Assembly (NCBI GenBank): GCA_010356995.1
Contig: ML996689.1
Coordinates: forward strand, 452,691 to 516,690
Length of the DNA stretch: 64,000 nucleotides
Origin: Trichodelitschia bisporula
Lineage: Eukaryota
Reading direction: 5' to 3'
Shown piece after piece: positions 62,009 to 64,000 of this stretch. How positions within the stretch are numbered: the first letter of the stretch is position 1; each line of letters opens with the position of its first letter. The translations under genes were made by a program, and so were the position numbers. Below the pieces are notes generated by a model that was given only the letters and a program-made list of their open reading frames with translations, made no database searches and was not told the DNA's origin.

Positions 62009-63064
62009 TGTTAAAATGAAGTGTGAACTTGACTGAGTTGCTTGATCGACTAGCAGTGGGAAGTGAGCTGACTATATACCTCGCCAGGAAACGACCCCTC
62101 TCTCCCGGCTCCACTCCAGCCACCCCAGGTTGCCGCCACAAATTCAGCACTCCCACTCAAACCGAGGTGGATGGAAGTGCACCAACAGTGAGCTCCCACT
62201 GCCTCCCATGTCCCGGGATGGAATAAACTCCAAGAGAGACAAAAACAAGAAGGGGTTGGCAGTGTCTGGCCTCATTAAAACCTCAAAAACCAGGTGGGAA
62301 AAACGAGGGAAAAGAATGCCAGAAGCGTTTACCCATTGCTTTCCCGCCCAAAGCGACACTCCAGCCCCAAGGCTTTCCTGAAAACCAGAAAGCGATCCTT
62401 TGGCAAGGTATTGGTGAGTCCGTCAGCGATCTGCTCCTTCGTCGAGATGTACCGCATGTCGATGACCCCCTCCGCCTGCTTCTCGCGTACAAAGTGGTGC
62501 TGGATGGCGATGTGCTTCGATCTGGCGTGAAATTGGGGGTTCTTTGCCAGCGAGATGGCGCCTTGGTTGTCTCCGAAGATGACAGTGGCTGCTGGCTCAT
62601 CGTGTTTGAGAAGCTCCTTGAGTAGGTTGCGCAACCAGACAGCTTCCTTTGTTGCTTGCGTCTGCCCCATGTATTCCGCTTCGCATGATGACAACGCAAC
62701 AACACTCTGGCGCTTCGATGACCAGCTCACTGCTCCACTGCCGAGGTTGAAGATGTATCTGGCCGTTGATCGCCTCGTGGATGAATCCCCAGCCCAGTCA
62801 GAGTCGGTGTAACCAGCCAGAGCCTCCAGCGATCCGCGGTACACAAGTTCCACCTCCATGGTGCCCCGAAGGTAGCGAACGATCCTCTTGACCGCCGTTT
62901 CGTGCTGGGGTCCGGGGTTCGCGAGGAAGCGACTGCAGATGGAGACAGCGTATGCGATGTCGGGTCTAGTACCAAGCATGGCGTACATGAGGCAACCGAT
63001 CGCTTTGGCGTACCAGGTCTTGAGGCTCTGAGGGGCCTGGAAGTCATCGGGTGCTGGCACGATC
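62009..63064 (-). mobile_element. Ty1/Copia retrotransposon 3' part: RT end/RNase H (62329-63060), PPT (62160-62150), 3' LTR (62149-62009)
   Basis: IGCLMYAMLGTRPDIAYAV, GYTDSDWAGD, WSSKRQSVVALSSCEAEY, DNQGAI, RSKHIAIQHHFVRE, ADGLT. TTGAGTGGGAG is followed by TGCTGAA...TTTAACA, a 141-bp LTR with TATATA. Confidence 0.9.
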
Positions 63065-64000
63065 TGTTAAAAGGGGATGTGTGGTCAATGGAAACTGTTG
63101 AAAGGGTGATGCGTGATCAACAGAAACGTCACTGCATCACAAGTTGGACCGAAGGTCTGTCCATGAACAAGTTGCTTAATTGTCAAAGAGGTGGGGATCC
63201 CGAGTCTACTTATACCCGAGCCCTGTGGCTGAACCTGGGTAAGGCTGAACACAGCCACCGCTTTCCAACACTCCCCCCTCAGACGAAACCCAGTGAAAAG
63301 GCGAGGGGTACGCTCACAAAGACACGAAGCTCCCATATGGACAGACGGCCAGGCCTCGTTAAAACCCTCTGTGAGGGAAAGAGTGCCTGGACTTACACAA
63401 GGAGGGGCGGCAGATAGATCGATCCTCATGGTTCCCTTCTCCCCCTCACCTGGTGCGAGCCCATTCAAGACCCAATGCCTCCCTGAACTGTTCGAAGCGA
63501 TCCTTTGGCAAGGCTTTTGTAATAATAATAACTTGATTACGCCCAGGCTTGTTTTAGCTAGCCGTATGGTCGGGTCTCACCACTTTAGGAGTGGGTTTGA
63601 CCAATTTCTTTGGTTCTACACGGCAAAAACCCTCCCTGGAAGGGTTGAGGAAAAGCCCTGGAAGTCGTCCTTTGGAGAGGAGCATTTGAGCCCCACGCCT
63701 TTAACATATGTTTATCGTCTTTTCTTTGCACCATTCTTGTGTGTCCCAAGCGAGAACTTGGCTGCACGCCGAGAAACTGAGAAACACTCCATATCCCAAT
63801 TAAACCCCAAAAACGCCGAACGCCTACAGCAACGCAGATCCCGTAATTCTAGATCATGTGACCGAAAGAGAGAAGGAGAGGAAGGAAATTGAAGAATACC
63901 AGGTGTTGTCCGGAGGCCGCCAGGGGGGGGGGGGCGGCGGCTCCTCTTTGGGGGAGATCCGGTTCCTGGTAGCAAGTGTGGTGTTGAATCGTTGAATCCG
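63065..64000. mobile_element. Probable second LTR element nested in the Copia RT
   Basis: Copia homology stops abruptly at 63064 and the new sequence begins TGTTAAAA, the same 8-mer as the LTR terminus at 62009. Confidence 0.5.

Larger units (their letters stand above)
60894..64000 (+). mobile_element. Starship element, left end with captain; continues beyond the window
   Basis: Begins at a 5S stub, has a subterminal inverted motif ATCTATGGTCG (60903-60913), and its first gene is a DUF3435-type recombinase. Confidence 0.78.

Overview
GC-rich filamentous ascomycete (Pezizomycotina) genomic DNA with short (~42-65 nt) GT-AG introns. Bases 2-32 kb hold ordinary core genes: L-galactonate dehydratase, AFG1 ATPase, GAL7, ERG28, IFA38, tRNA-iMet, acetate permease, an HD-domain nucleotidase, a HAUS6-like gene and several hypotheticals. 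An NDT80/PhoG-family transcription factor with very long introns sits behind an ~11 kb gene-poor region. Two things stand out. (1) At 32.7-33.4 kb there is a head-to-head pair of TATA-preceded U1-snRNA-like genes. They have the U1 cloverleaf, a 70K-type loop, a U1A-type loop in one copy and an Sm site, but both begin AUACGGAA instead of AUACUUAC. (2) At 54.9-64 kb there is a 5S-rDNA-targeting Starship hotspot. A 5S gene is split by a ~5.5 kb captain-less element carrying a decayed PNP_UDP-NACHT-WD40 NLR. It is followed by a second 5S 5' stub with a related element end and a DUF3435-type captain pseudogene, which is interrupted by nested LTR retroelements. All calls come from reading the sequence by eye; no database searches were run.
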